DNA from: Planctomycetota bacterium
GTDB taxonomy: Bacteria; Planctomycetota; UBA1135
Length of the DNA stretch: 64,000 bases
Reading direction: 5' to 3'
Assembly: GCA_004295085.1 (NCBI GenBank)
Contig: SHNF01000006.1
Span: 287,675 to 351,674 of the forward strand
Under the pieces are notes generated by a model. The model made no database searches. It was not told where the DNA came from and saw only the letters and a program-made list of their open reading frames with translations. The translations under genes and the position numbers were made by a program. Positions within the stretch are counted from its first letter, which is position 1. Every line of letters starts with the position of its first letter. Of this stretch, positions 18,701-27,474 are shown one piece after another.

Positions 18701-19256
18701 CTTCCTCCAGGTCCGCGACGCCGACGGCACGCTGCGCTCCGGCGGCTCCTTCGCGGTGGCTCCCGGAATGTGGCTGGCGCTCGCCATCGAGCCGGATGCG
18801 CGCGGCCGTTGGCGCCTGGGCCTGGCGCCGGACAGCGGCGCAGCCGGTCTGCAGCCGCTGCGAGCGGCTTTCACCGCGGAAGTGGACGCGGGCTGGAGCT
18901 GGGAATGGCGCCCGGAAGGCAACCAGGGCGTCGCCGAGCGCCGTGACTTCGGCGCCGTGCTGGCCCTGGACTGGATGGGGCCGGGGCAGCCACGCCCGGC
19001 GCTGACCAGCGCGGAGGCGCTGACGGCGGAGAGCGTGTGGCGGCGCATGGAAAGCGCCCGCACGGAACGCGATTTCGGCGCGTGGAAACAGGCGCGACGC
19101 GAGCTGGAGACGGTCGCGGGGCCGCCGCGGGCGGGTGCCGCCGACACGCAGGCACGGGTCCCGCTGGCGCGCTACTACCTGGAGGAATACGGCCGGCTGG
19201 GGCTCATCCTGCACGAGGACGCGGATCCGCACTGCCCGCTGGAAGCGGAGCCTTGA
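15717..19256 (+). CDS. membrane Ser/Thr protein kinase with a large extracytoplasmic domain containing FG-GAP-like units
   Basis: Kinase motifs GGMGLLYEA..VALK, HRDLKPGNIL, DYGLA, GTVPYMAPEQ. TM helix LAFAFCAGALAFGTIVYLG. C-terminal strings VGQLDGDAEPELVVG, ADLDGDGRDEILL, IGDLDGDARPDLYW. Confidence 0.9.
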   Translation: MKQAPGASAATDPGSDGASGSRVAAALRRRLERGPAAAPEEHGGDAELSELYRVQGQLLGAAAARGEPPVDPGAPLPHPGECLQERYEVGAFLSSGGMGLLYEAHDRETGASVALKTPRPGCTREELLRFIREASLTLPQHPCLARTLDRFTRGRRPYHVQERVPGRSLQEILQARLEGRRPAHAAEAPWFAPQPLALHTAVHAVVQVAQALERLHQAGIVHRDLKPGNILWHAEGRPVLVDYGLALPRGGPLLTGPGQAAGTVPYMAPEQWQGRAVDARADVYALGATLWALITGTLATGMPWGGRLLRGSEPVPPVLLAIVQKAMEPNPRRRFGSAAELAAALGAWLEDREPAGLHPFNTRLRRWAYRHRLAFAFCAGALAFGTIVYLGEEFVRKSRAAVTALEASIAASAQQIAEFEQADRSGPAMNARSDFLQDWFADHLPADPELESESARKLVSFAYNLNLRIGRQEQLLVYTQGGAAHWWRDAADAVQSAGALLANGRAQASVEALQRAAQRFPRSNLAPLFPAAAAILQHLQAFERLPAPTSAPLLRASEGGGVAWVDAEGALAHARVAGGGFERETVSPAGAWRHGTLGAYAHLRRDGADFGSILSWETRNGSADPPQGLYYVPVGGPPQRILAWDAFDRVRSPSALAVGQLDGDAEPELVVGTAWGSRSLLLLDCMDGRWHHRILDQRGDDVESVRIAPQADGAQIWVAVSVWSLRNQGLRCKVLQLDPALERVETVDALPLGALHSWEPVRGWGEVHSVAGFHSTRDAIFFGETYARCHSGECVLLGSSPALGLRVVRSLYSLPGVEVAVGDTEARPADLDGDGRDEILLHWVWEQRRHAMLVFGYARGSKVEFIELPLPQAMAEAQIGDLDGDARPDLYWLEGADVCLLRGFGAPSLAQPAAPLPAPQHRRLVLVRGEAAACAGQLDPRAAGARAGVFQARLRLVRSDFDASAVWELRNAAGQALARLRLATSGGGTTYRHEAFLQVRDADGTLRSGGSFAVAPGMWLALAIEPDARGRWRLGLAPDSGAAGLQPLRAAFTAEVDAGWSWEWRPEGNQGVAERRDFGAVLALDWMGPGQPRPALTSAEALTAESVWRRMESARTERDFGAWKQARRELETVAGPPRAGAADTQARVPLARYYLEEYGRLGLILHEDADPHCPLEAEP

Positions 19257-19668
19257 GCCGGCGCGCCCACTGGTGCACCAGGTACGCGGCCACCCACAGG
19301 GCCGAGGCGGTCCCGTGGGCCAGCACCCAGGCCTGCCGCCAGGCCTCGTCCACCGCGACCTGGATGGCGTAGCCGGAGATTGCCATGGGCGCGAAGCTGA
19401 ACAGCAGCAGCAGCCCGGAGCGGCGCCGCGGCGCTGCCCCGCTGCGCCAGCGCTCCAGCGCGTGGCGCTTCCACAAGGCGCCGGTGCTGAACACCAGGGC
19501 CGGCGCCAGCAGCACGTGCCAGTGCTGCACCAGCGGCTGCAGGGGATGGTGGACCACCGCGTAAGGATCCTCGGAGCGGACGCAGTACAGGAAGAACGCG
19601 TACGCGATGCCGGTGCCGCCCACCAACACATTGGCGAGGTGGTGCAGCCAGGCCTCGAGGCGGCTCAC
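19204..19668 (-). CDS. small 4-TM His-rich membrane protein, last gene of the ApbE/porin/FMN-binding operon
   Basis: GTG at 19668 overlaps the upstream stop (GTGA). VSRLEAWLHHLANVLVGGTGIAYAFFLY..., HHPLQPLVQHWHVLLAPALVF, LLLLFSFAPMAISGYAI, LWVAAYLVHQW. Only this part of listed ORF 19204..20109 is protein-like. Confidence 0.6.
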   Translation of the reverse strand: MSRLEAWLHHLANVLVGGTGIAYAFFLYCVRSEDPYAVVHHPLQPLVQHWHVLLAPALVFSTGALWKRHALERWRSGAAPRRRSGLLLLFSFAPMAISGYAIQVAVDEAWRQAWVLAHGTASALWVAAYLVHQWARRLKAPLPAGSADPRPRAG

Positions 19669-20204
19669 GGACGCTGCGGCTCCGGCTGCGGCCTGGGGTG
19701 CAAGGTCTGGTGCAGGGCCAGTACGCGGCGCACCGCTTCGGTGGTGGCCCGTGCCGTGAGACTGGCGCCGGTCACGCCCTGGATGCCGCGCTTCAGGTTC
19801 AGCTCCGCGTCGAGCGTGCGGCCCTGGAACTGGGCATACCAGCCGCCCTTGGGCATGTAGTCCAGCGGCTCGTCGAAGGACAGCACCTCCACGCGCTTGA
19901 CCCGGCCCTCCGGGTCCACCACGACCATGAGGGTCTCGGCCTGCGTGCGCAGCTTGTGCGTGTCGAAGTAAGCCATGCCCACGAGCTTGCCGTCCCTGCT
20001 GGCGCTGTACGCGGGGACCACCGCGCTGGCCACCGGGGCCTGCGCCAGCCGGCGCGCCTCCTCGAGCTGGCGCTCGGTGAGGTAGTGAGTCTTGCGCTCG
20101 ACCGTGCACTCCGGGAACGCCAGCTTCAGCGCCTCCTCGGTGGTGAGGAACACCTTGCCGCCGTTGCCGGAGGCCCAGGCCAGGAGCAGGCTGGCGAGCA
20201 GCAT
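19665..20204 (-). CDS. secreted FMN-binding domain protein (ApbE substrate type)
   Basis: Signal peptide MLLASLLLAWASG. FMN_bind-like C-terminus with the flavinylation-type motif GIQGVTGASLTARATTEAVRRV ([ST]GA[ST]). Confidence 0.8.
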   Translation of the reverse strand: MLLASLLLAWASGNGGKVFLTTEEALKLAFPECTVERKTHYLTERQLEEARRLAQAPVASAVVPAYSASRDGKLVGMAYFDTHKLRTQAETLMVVVDPEGRVKRVEVLSFDEPLDYMPKGGWYAQFQGRTLDAELNLKRGIQGVTGASLTARATTEAVRRVLALHQTLHPRPQPEPQRP

Positions 20205-21484
20205 CAGAAGATGTAGCCGAGAGCCACGTTGAACTGGTTCACGGCGCTGCCCGTGAGGTTCTCGATGTTCTGGTAGTCCGCCTTCAGGATGCCCTGGGGG
20301 AACGGCTGCCAGGCCAGGCCGTAGGTGACGATGTTGACGTCGTTGGCGCCGTCGGCGGAGTAGCCGGAGGGCACCTCCTTCTGCGTGTCGTAGGCTTCGA
20401 AGCGCACGAACGGCGTCAGGCTCATGCTGGAGCCCTCGGTCAGGCTCAGCACGTCATAGCCGAGCTCCAGGTAGTAGCCGGTCATCTCCTCGCCGATGCT
20501 GTCGTTGCCGGTCAGGCCCAGCGCCTGGTTGAGCTGCGCCGCGTCGTCCACGCGGGCCGTGGTCCCCAGGGCCCGGAACTGCAGCCCGCGCCAGTTCCAC
20601 TGCAGGTGTCCCTCGAGGATGCTGGTGCGCGCGCCGATGTCGCCGCCGGCCGCCGTCATCAGGTCCTGGCCGGAGCCGCCGGTGTACGCCGAAGCCCCGA
20701 GCAGCAGGCCGTTCACGCCGGTCCAGTCCACGCGGCCGACCGCGGCCACGTCCTCGATCTGCGAGCGCGAGCCGCCCTGGCGGCCGTCGCGCAGGCCGGC
20801 GGCCGTGAAGCCCTCGGCGTCCAGCCCGGCCACGACGTAGGCCCGGTAGCCGAAGTCGCCGAGCTGGCCGAACACGCCGGCGCCGTTCTCGCGCCAGGTG
20901 CTGGGCAGGATGACGCGCTCGATGCCGGGCCGGTTGGCGCTGAGGAAGGTGGTGGGCTCGTGCATCTCGTTCAGGAAGCCCATCGGGATGAGGACCAGGC
21001 CGGCACGGGCGTTGAGCGGCTCGCGCCACAGGTAGTCCAGATAAGCGAATTCGACCGCCACTTCTCCCTCGTCGGTGTTGGCGTGCTCGAACTCGATCTC
21101 GCTGTTGAACAGCCAGTGCTCGTCGAACTTGTAGCCGAAGTACAGGACCACACGCAGCAGGTCGAGGGTGTCGCTGCGGCCGGAGGGCGCGCCGGCGTCG
21201 GTGCGGCTGTCGAAGTGGCTGTACACCATTTCGCCGTAGCCGCCGATGGAGACGCCTTCCGCGGCGCGGTAGATCTTGGATGCCGCCGGGCCGAAGCCGA
21301 GCTGAGCCTGATCCGCCTGCGGCGCGGCGGCGGCGCCGATCTTCTGCTGCTCGAGCTCCTGCGACAGCAAGTCGATGCGCCGCTCCAGCTCCTCGAGCGT
21401 GGGCGGCTCCTGCGCGGGCTCCTGCGCGGGCAGGGCGCGCGCGCTCAGGCAGGAGAGGAGGAGGACCAGATGGGAACGCGTCAT
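20204..21484 (-). CDS. outer-membrane beta-barrel porin-like protein
   Basis: ATG at 21484 overlaps the apbE stop (ATGA). Signal peptide MTRSHLVLLLSCLSARALPAQ, a coiled-coil segment, alternating beta-strand pattern, and the C-terminal ...NVALGYIF ending in Phe that is typical of OMPs. Confidence 0.75.
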   Translation of the reverse strand: MTRSHLVLLLSCLSARALPAQEPAQEPPTLEELERRIDLLSQELEQQKIGAAAAPQADQAQLGFGPAASKIYRAAEGVSIGGYGEMVYSHFDSRTDAGAPSGRSDTLDLLRVVLYFGYKFDEHWLFNSEIEFEHANTDEGEVAVEFAYLDYLWREPLNARAGLVLIPMGFLNEMHEPTTFLSANRPGIERVILPSTWRENGAGVFGQLGDFGYRAYVVAGLDAEGFTAAGLRDGRQGGSRSQIEDVAAVGRVDWTGVNGLLLGASAYTGGSGQDLMTAAGGDIGARTSILEGHLQWNWRGLQFRALGTTARVDDAAQLNQALGLTGNDSIGEEMTGYYLELGYDVLSLTEGSSMSLTPFVRFEAYDTQKEVPSGYSADGANDVNIVTYGLAWQPFPQGILKADYQNIENLTGSAVNQFNVALGYIF

Positions 21485-22545
21485 TCGGGTGTGGGAGGGG
21501 GTCGGTCGAACCATTCCAGGTCCACGTCGGGGACCAGGGCTTGCACGCGGCCTTGCCAGCCGCTCGTGGCTCGGGCACGCAGCCGCGCGCCGCGCACTTC
21601 CAGGAACAAGGCCGCGCAGCCCGGATCGGTTCCGGCTCGCGCCAGCGCATCCTCGGGGCCGAGCACGAAGTAGCCGGTGGCAAGCGCGTCCGCCCAGCAC
21701 GCGCGCGGCGCCCACACGGTGACGCTGCCGAAGTCGGGCGCGGGCGCGCCGCTGCGCGGATCGAGGATGTGGCCGTAGCGCGCTCCGTCCACGGCGAAGC
21801 CGTGCTCGCTGTTGCCGCTGGTGGCCACGGAGCCGTGGTCGATGCGCAGGCGCAGCACGGGGCGGCCGCGCTCGCGCGGGTCGGACACGGCCAGGAAGAA
21901 CGGGCCGCGCCCGTACACCGCCACCTGGCCGCCAAGGTCGAGCAGCGCGCGCGTGGCGGCCGTGGCCGCCAGCGCTTCCAGCGCCCGGTCCAGGCCGGCG
22001 CCCTTGCCGAAGCCGCCCTCCTCCAGAAGCAACTCCGCGCGCGTGCGCGTGGCCGTGCCGGCCTCCAGGCGCAGGGCGTCGAGGCCGACGCCGCGCAGCG
22101 CTGCCTCCCGCTCGGCGGCGGCAGGCACGCGGCCGCCGCTGCGCAAGCCCCAGGCGGCCACCAGCGCGCCCACGCTGGGATCGAAGGCCCCGCCGGTGCG
22201 GATCCAGGCCGCGCGCGCGTCACACAACGCGCCGTAGGTGGCCGGGCTCAGGCGCACGGGCCGGCCCACCGGCGCGGCGTTGAGCGCCGACAGCTCGCTG
22301 TCGGGCCGCCACGTGGACAGGCGCGCCTCGGCGTCCTCCAGGGCGCGCACCGCGGTCTCGCTGGCCGCCAGCGCCTGCGCGCGGCCGGGCGCCTCCACCG
22401 ACAGCTCCAGCGTGGTTCCCATGAGGCCGAGGCGCCGCTCCACGGTGGCCGGGGCGGCCGCCGGCGCCGCGGGCGCCGCCGCGCACGCGGCCGCGAGCAG
22501 CCACGCGGCCGCCGCCGCTGAATCGCTAATGAGACTCAATCTCAT
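21481..22545 (-). CDS. apbE: FAD:protein FMN transferase (ApbE family), lipoprotein-like
   Basis: LLAAAC lipobox-like N-terminus. ApbE strings RRLGLMGTTLEL, GAFDPSVGALVAAWG, GGFGKGAGLDRA, VATSGNSEHGF..GARYGHILDPRSGAP. Confidence 0.9.
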   Translation of the reverse strand: MRLSLISDSAAAAAWLLAAACAAAPAAPAAAPATVERRLGLMGTTLELSVEAPGRAQALAASETAVRALEDAEARLSTWRPDSELSALNAAPVGRPVRLSPATYGALCDARAAWIRTGGAFDPSVGALVAAWGLRSGGRVPAAAEREAALRGVGLDALRLEAGTATRTRAELLLEEGGFGKGAGLDRALEALAATAATRALLDLGGQVAVYGRGPFFLAVSDPRERGRPVLRLRIDHGSVATSGNSEHGFAVDGARYGHILDPRSGAPAPDFGSVTVWAPRACWADALATGYFVLGPEDALARAGTDPGCAALFLEVRGARLRARATSGWQGRVQALVPDVDLEWFDRPPPTPE

Positions 22546-22616
22546 TTAGGAAGGAAAACGATAACGCCGCGCGCGCCGGGCGCAAGTGTTTTTCCACGCC
22601 GCTAGGATCCCGCTCC

Positions 22617-23816
22617 ATGATCGCCCGCTGGCTGGAGGCGCGGCGCGACGGGCGCGAGCAGCCGCCGCAGGAGATCGCCGCCTTCGTCCGCGGCGTGGTG
22701 GACGGCTCGGTCACGCGGGCGCAGGCCGCGGCCTGGCTGGCGTTCGTGCAGTGCCGCGGCATGAGTGCGGCCGAGACCGTGGCCCTGACCCTGGCCATGG
22801 CCGACTCGGGCGCGCGCCTGGAATGGACCGGCCTGACCGGCCCCTTCGTGGACAAGCACAGCACCGGCGGCGTCGGCGACAAGGTCTCGCTCGTGCTGGC
22901 GCCGCTGTGGGCGGCGCTGGGCCGCAAGGTCCCCATGCTGTCCGGCCGGGGCCTGGGGATCACCGGGGGCACCCTGGACAAGCTGGAGGCGATCCCCGGA
23001 TTCCGCACCGACCTCGACGCTGCGGCCCTGCGGCGCGCGCTGGGCGCCGCCGGCTGCTTCATCAGCGGGCAGACGTCCGAGCTGGCTCCGGCCGACCGCA
23101 TCCTGTACGCGCTGCGCAACGAGACACAGACGGTTCCCTCCATTCCGCTGATCACCGCCTCGATCCTCTCCAAGAAACTTGTGGAGGGAATCGAGCACCT
23201 GGTCCTGGACGTGAAGTGTGGCAGCGGCGCCTTCATGCAGACCGAGGCGGAGGCGCGCGCGCTGGCCGAGTCGCTGCAGCGCGTGGGGGCCGGCGCCGGC
23301 CTGCGCACGCAGGCGCACGTCACGGACATGTCGCAGCCCCTGGGCGAGGCCGTGGGCAACGCCCTGGAGGTGGAGGAGGCGGTCGCGTGCCTGCAGGGCG
23401 CCGGTCCCAGGGCCTTGCGCGCCCTGGTCGTCCAGCTCTCCGGCGCCGGCGCGGACGCGGAGCAGGCCCTGGACGGCGGCGCCGCGCTGGAGCGCTGGCG
23501 GCGGATGCTGCGCGCCCAGGACGGCGACCCGGATGCCCCCTTGCGCGGGGCGGGATGCCGGCGCGAGGTCCTGCTGGCGGAGAGCGCCGGGACCGTGACG
23601 CGTTGCGACGCCGGCGCGGTCGGCCGCGCCGCCTTCGTGCTGGGCGCCGGACGCGCGCGCGAGCAGGATCGCGTGCATCCGGGCGTCGGCGTCCTGGTGC
23701 ACGCCCATCGCGGCGATCGCGTGCAGCGCGGCCAGCCGCTGCTGACCCTGGTCCACGACCGCAAGGGACTGGAGGAGGCCCGGCGCCTGGCTCGCGACGC
23801 CGTCGCCATCGCCTGA
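22617..23816 (+). CDS. deoA: thymidine / pyrimidine-nucleoside phosphorylase
   Basis: Signature VDKHSTGGVGDKVSLVLAPL and SGRGLGITGGTLDKLEAIPGF. Overall N-terminal helical plus alpha/beta layout. Confidence 0.9.
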   Translation: MIARWLEARRDGREQPPQEIAAFVRGVVDGSVTRAQAAAWLAFVQCRGMSAAETVALTLAMADSGARLEWTGLTGPFVDKHSTGGVGDKVSLVLAPLWAALGRKVPMLSGRGLGITGGTLDKLEAIPGFRTDLDAAALRRALGAAGCFISGQTSELAPADRILYALRNETQTVPSIPLITASILSKKLVEGIEHLVLDVKCGSGAFMQTEAEARALAESLQRVGAGAGLRTQAHVTDMSQPLGEAVGNALEVEEAVACLQGAGPRALRALVVQLSGAGADAEQALDGGAALERWRRMLRAQDGDPDAPLRGAGCRREVLLAESAGTVTRCDAGAVGRAAFVLGAGRAREQDRVHPGVGVLVHAHRGDRVQRGQPLLTLVHDRKGLEEARRLARDAVAIA

Positions 23817-23868
23817 TCCGCGGCGCTTCCAGCGGCCGGTTGCAGATCCTGCCGCGTCTCCCGGTATC

Positions 23869-24285
23869 ATGGGCGCGGCGATGGGCTCGCGACGGCCGCT
23901 TCGATGCCGGGCAGCCGCGGTGATGGCCTTGCTGGCGGTGCTGCTGGCTCCCGGTTGCGCCCTGGCGGTGGGCGCGGCCGCCGGGGCGGCTGCGGTGTAC
24001 GTCACCCGCGACGACGAGGTGGAGATGTACTTCGACGAGAGCTTCACCACGGTGTTCGGGGCCGCCCGGGCCGAGCTGGCGCAGCGCGGCGGCGTGAGCG
24101 CCGCCGACCTGGAGAGCGGCCATCTCGAGGGCGAGGTGGAAGGCGCCACGGTCAAGATCTGGATCACCTCCGTGACCCGGGACACGCGCAAGTGCCGGGT
24201 CCAGGCGCGCGCCAACGCCGGCATCTCCCCGGACCTGGACACGGCGCAATCCGTTGCGCAGGGCCTCGCCGAGCGCCTTGACTGA
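23869..24285 (+). CDS. small lipoprotein, unknown function
   Basis: Lipobox LLAPGC after a basic/hydrophobic N-terminus. Protein-like composition (YVTRDDEVEMYFDESFTTVFGAARAELAQRG...). Confidence 0.65.
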   Translation: MGAAMGSRRPLRCRAAAVMALLAVLLAPGCALAVGAAAGAAAVYVTRDDEVEMYFDESFTTVFGAARAELAQRGGVSAADLESGHLEGEVEGATVKIWITSVTRDTRKCRVQARANAGISPDLDTAQSVAQGLAERLD

Positions 24286-25066
24286 CGGGGCGCGCGTCGC
24301 CGTGGTGGCGGCGGTGCCGGAGCTGCTCGCCGCAGCGGCGCAACTCGCAGCGCGGTTGCGCCTGCCGCTGGAGCCGCCGCCTTCCGGGGAGCCGGCGGGC
24401 GCCGAGTTCCACCTGGTCCTCACGCCGCAGCGCCTGGAGCTGCGCGAGACCGCGGCGCGGGGACGGCCCGTGTTCGTGGACTTCGTGGCCGCCGCGGCGG
24501 CGCGCGGGCGGCATGCCCGCGGCGAGGCGGTGGTGCGCGCCGTGGGTCCGAGTCACGGGTCCGATGCACCGGCGGTGCTGGACGCCACCGCCGGGCTGGG
24601 CCGCGACGCCTTGCTGCTTGCGGCCTCCGGCTGCCGGGTGCTCGCCTGCGAGCGGTCGCCGGTGATCGCGGCGCTGCTGGAGGACGGCATGCGCCGGGCG
24701 CGCGCGCATGCGGCGACCGGCGCCTGGCTCGAGCAGCGCCTGCGCCTGCACCCCGGACCGGCCGAGGACGTCCTGGAGCAGGAGCGCTTCGACGTGATCT
24801 ACCTGGATCCCATGCACCCGCAGCGGCACAGGTCGGCGCTGGCGAAGAAGGAGATGCGCTGGTTCCGCCGCCTGGTGGGTGGCGATCCGGACGCGACCGG
24901 TCTGTTCGACCGGGCGCGGGCGGCGGCGCGCCGGCGCGTGGTCGTGAAGCGGCCCGTGCACGGCGCCCCCCTGGCGCCCGGGGTCTCGTTTGCGCTCCGC
25001 GGGCGCAGCACCCGCTTCGACGTGTACCTGGCGCAGGCCCAGGACACGGAAGTGGTTCTGTCCTAG
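24254..25066 (+). CDS. rsmJ: 16S rRNA (guanine1516-N2)-methyltransferase RsmJ
   Basis: LVLTPQRLELRE, VLDATAGLGRDALLLAASGCRV, VIAALLEDG, VIYLDPMHPQRHRSALAKKEMRWFRRLVG, RRVVVKRP..FDVY match my memory of E. coli RsmJ. The true start may be the TTG near 24278 rather than 24254, which overlaps the upstream gene. Confidence 0.85.
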   Translation: MRRASPSALTDGARVAVVAAVPELLAAAAQLAARLRLPLEPPPSGEPAGAEFHLVLTPQRLELRETAARGRPVFVDFVAAAAARGRHARGEAVVRAVGPSHGSDAPAVLDATAGLGRDALLLAASGCRVLACERSPVIAALLEDGMRRARAHAATGAWLEQRLRLHPGPAEDVLEQERFDVIYLDPMHPQRHRSALAKKEMRWFRRLVGGDPDATGLFDRARAAARRRVVVKRPVHGAPLAPGVSFALRGRSTRFDVYLAQAQDTEVVLS

Positions 25067-25095
25067 AATGCAGGGTCCGGCGACGCCCAGCAAGC

Positions 25096-26065
<970 letters not shown>

Positions 26066-26085
<20 letters not shown>

Positions 26086-27415
26086 CCGCGTCCAGGCGGC
26101 GCAGGATCTCCGGCAGCCATTCGCGCTGCTCGGGCTTCATCACGCAGGCGCGCAGGCAGGTGATCTCTCCGGCGTCCCAGTCGCGCACCGGCGCCGCCGC
26201 TTCCAGCATCGCGCGGGGAAACGCGGACAGGGCCAGATGCAGATCGCGTTGCGCGGCGGCGTCGAAGACCTGGCGCGCGCGCGCGGAGGCGGCGCGCGCG
26301 GAGGCAGCGCGCACGGCCCAGACCACGATGTCCAGCTCCGGGACCAGGAGCGGCGCAAAGCGCCGGTCTTGCTCCAGCGCCTGGTGCAGGGCCAGCGCGG
26401 CGCTGCGGCCGGCTTCCAGGCCGCGCGCGAACGTGCCACCGCGCTGCAGGGGCAGCAGGCGCAGCGTGGTCCACAAGGCCACGGCCGCAGCGCCCGGGCG
26501 CGAGCACTCCAGCGAGATCTCGCCGAGGTGCAGGTCCGGCGAGCTGAAGTACGTGTACGGCGAGTCGTGACGATAGAAGCGCCCGACCGCCGGGTCTGCG
26601 AACAGCACGCAACCACAGCCGTACGGCTGCAGCCCGTGCTTGTGCGGATCCAGCACGATGGAATCGGCGGCGCCGATGCGATCGTAGGCGCGGCGCGCCG
26701 GCGCGTCCAGGTTGCCCGCCAGGATGAAGTAGCCGCCGTAGGCCGCGTCCACGTGCAGGCGGAAGTCGTGGCGCCGGCGCAGGTCCAGGATCTCGGGCAG
26801 CGGATCCACCGCCCCGGCCGCGGTGGTCCCCAGCGTCGCCACCACGGTACCGATCCCGCCCGCAGCCAGCTCCTGCTCCAGCGCGGCCGCGTCCATGCGA
26901 CCATGACCGTCCACCGCGATCGTGCGGAACGGCACGCCGAGCACCGCGGACAGGCGCGCGTGCGTGTAGTGGGCCTGGGCCGAAGCGGCGACCGCGGCGC
27001 CGGGGCGCAGCTCGCGCGCGACCCACAGAGCCTCGAAGTTGGCCATCGTTCCACCCCCGCACAGGTGGCCGAGGTGCGTCTCCCAGCCGAACATGCGCGC
27101 GATCGCCGCCACCGCCTCCTTCTCCATGGCCGAGCTGGCGCGGCCGCCGTCCAGGGCGTGGTTGTTGGGGTTGATCCACAGGGACAGCGCATACGCCAGC
27201 CGTGCCACCGGGTGCGGCGGCTTGAGCATCTGCCCCACGTACAGCGGATGGTGGTAGGGATAGTTGTCGGTCATGCGCTTCGCCGCCGCGAGCAAGGCCG
27301 CGCGCGCCGCCTCGCGGTCCAGGCGCGGCGGCGCCGGCGGCAGGCCGTCAAAGCCGCGCTCCAGCGTGCGCAAGGCCTCCGCGAGCAGCTCCAGGCTGTC
27401 GTGATCGAAGCTCAT
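26066..27415 (-). CDS. group II pyridoxal-phosphate-dependent decarboxylase family protein
   Basis: HLCGGGTMANFEALWVAR, HVDAAYGGYF, and the PLP-lysine string DSIVLDPHKHGLQPYGCGCVLF. Confidence 0.85.
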
Positions 27416-27474
27416 GGCGCGGGTGAGCTTACCGGGGCCGGCGCAACCGGCCGAGCGGCGCGTAGACTGCGTGC

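Noticed and set aside
15306-19631. 1441-aa minus-strand ORF, the longest in the track
   Set aside because: It is antisense to the Ser/Thr kinase gene, which has clear catalytic motifs. The translation is dominated by R/A/G/P runs with no recognisable domain.
22528-22546. Palindrome AATGAGA-CTCAA-TCTCATT overlapping the apbE start codon (possible start-codon-sequestering hairpin)
   Set aside because: The stem is only 7 bp and AU-rich, so it would be a weak structure. The arms are simply codons 1-6 (MRLSLI) of the gene. There is no independent support for regulation.
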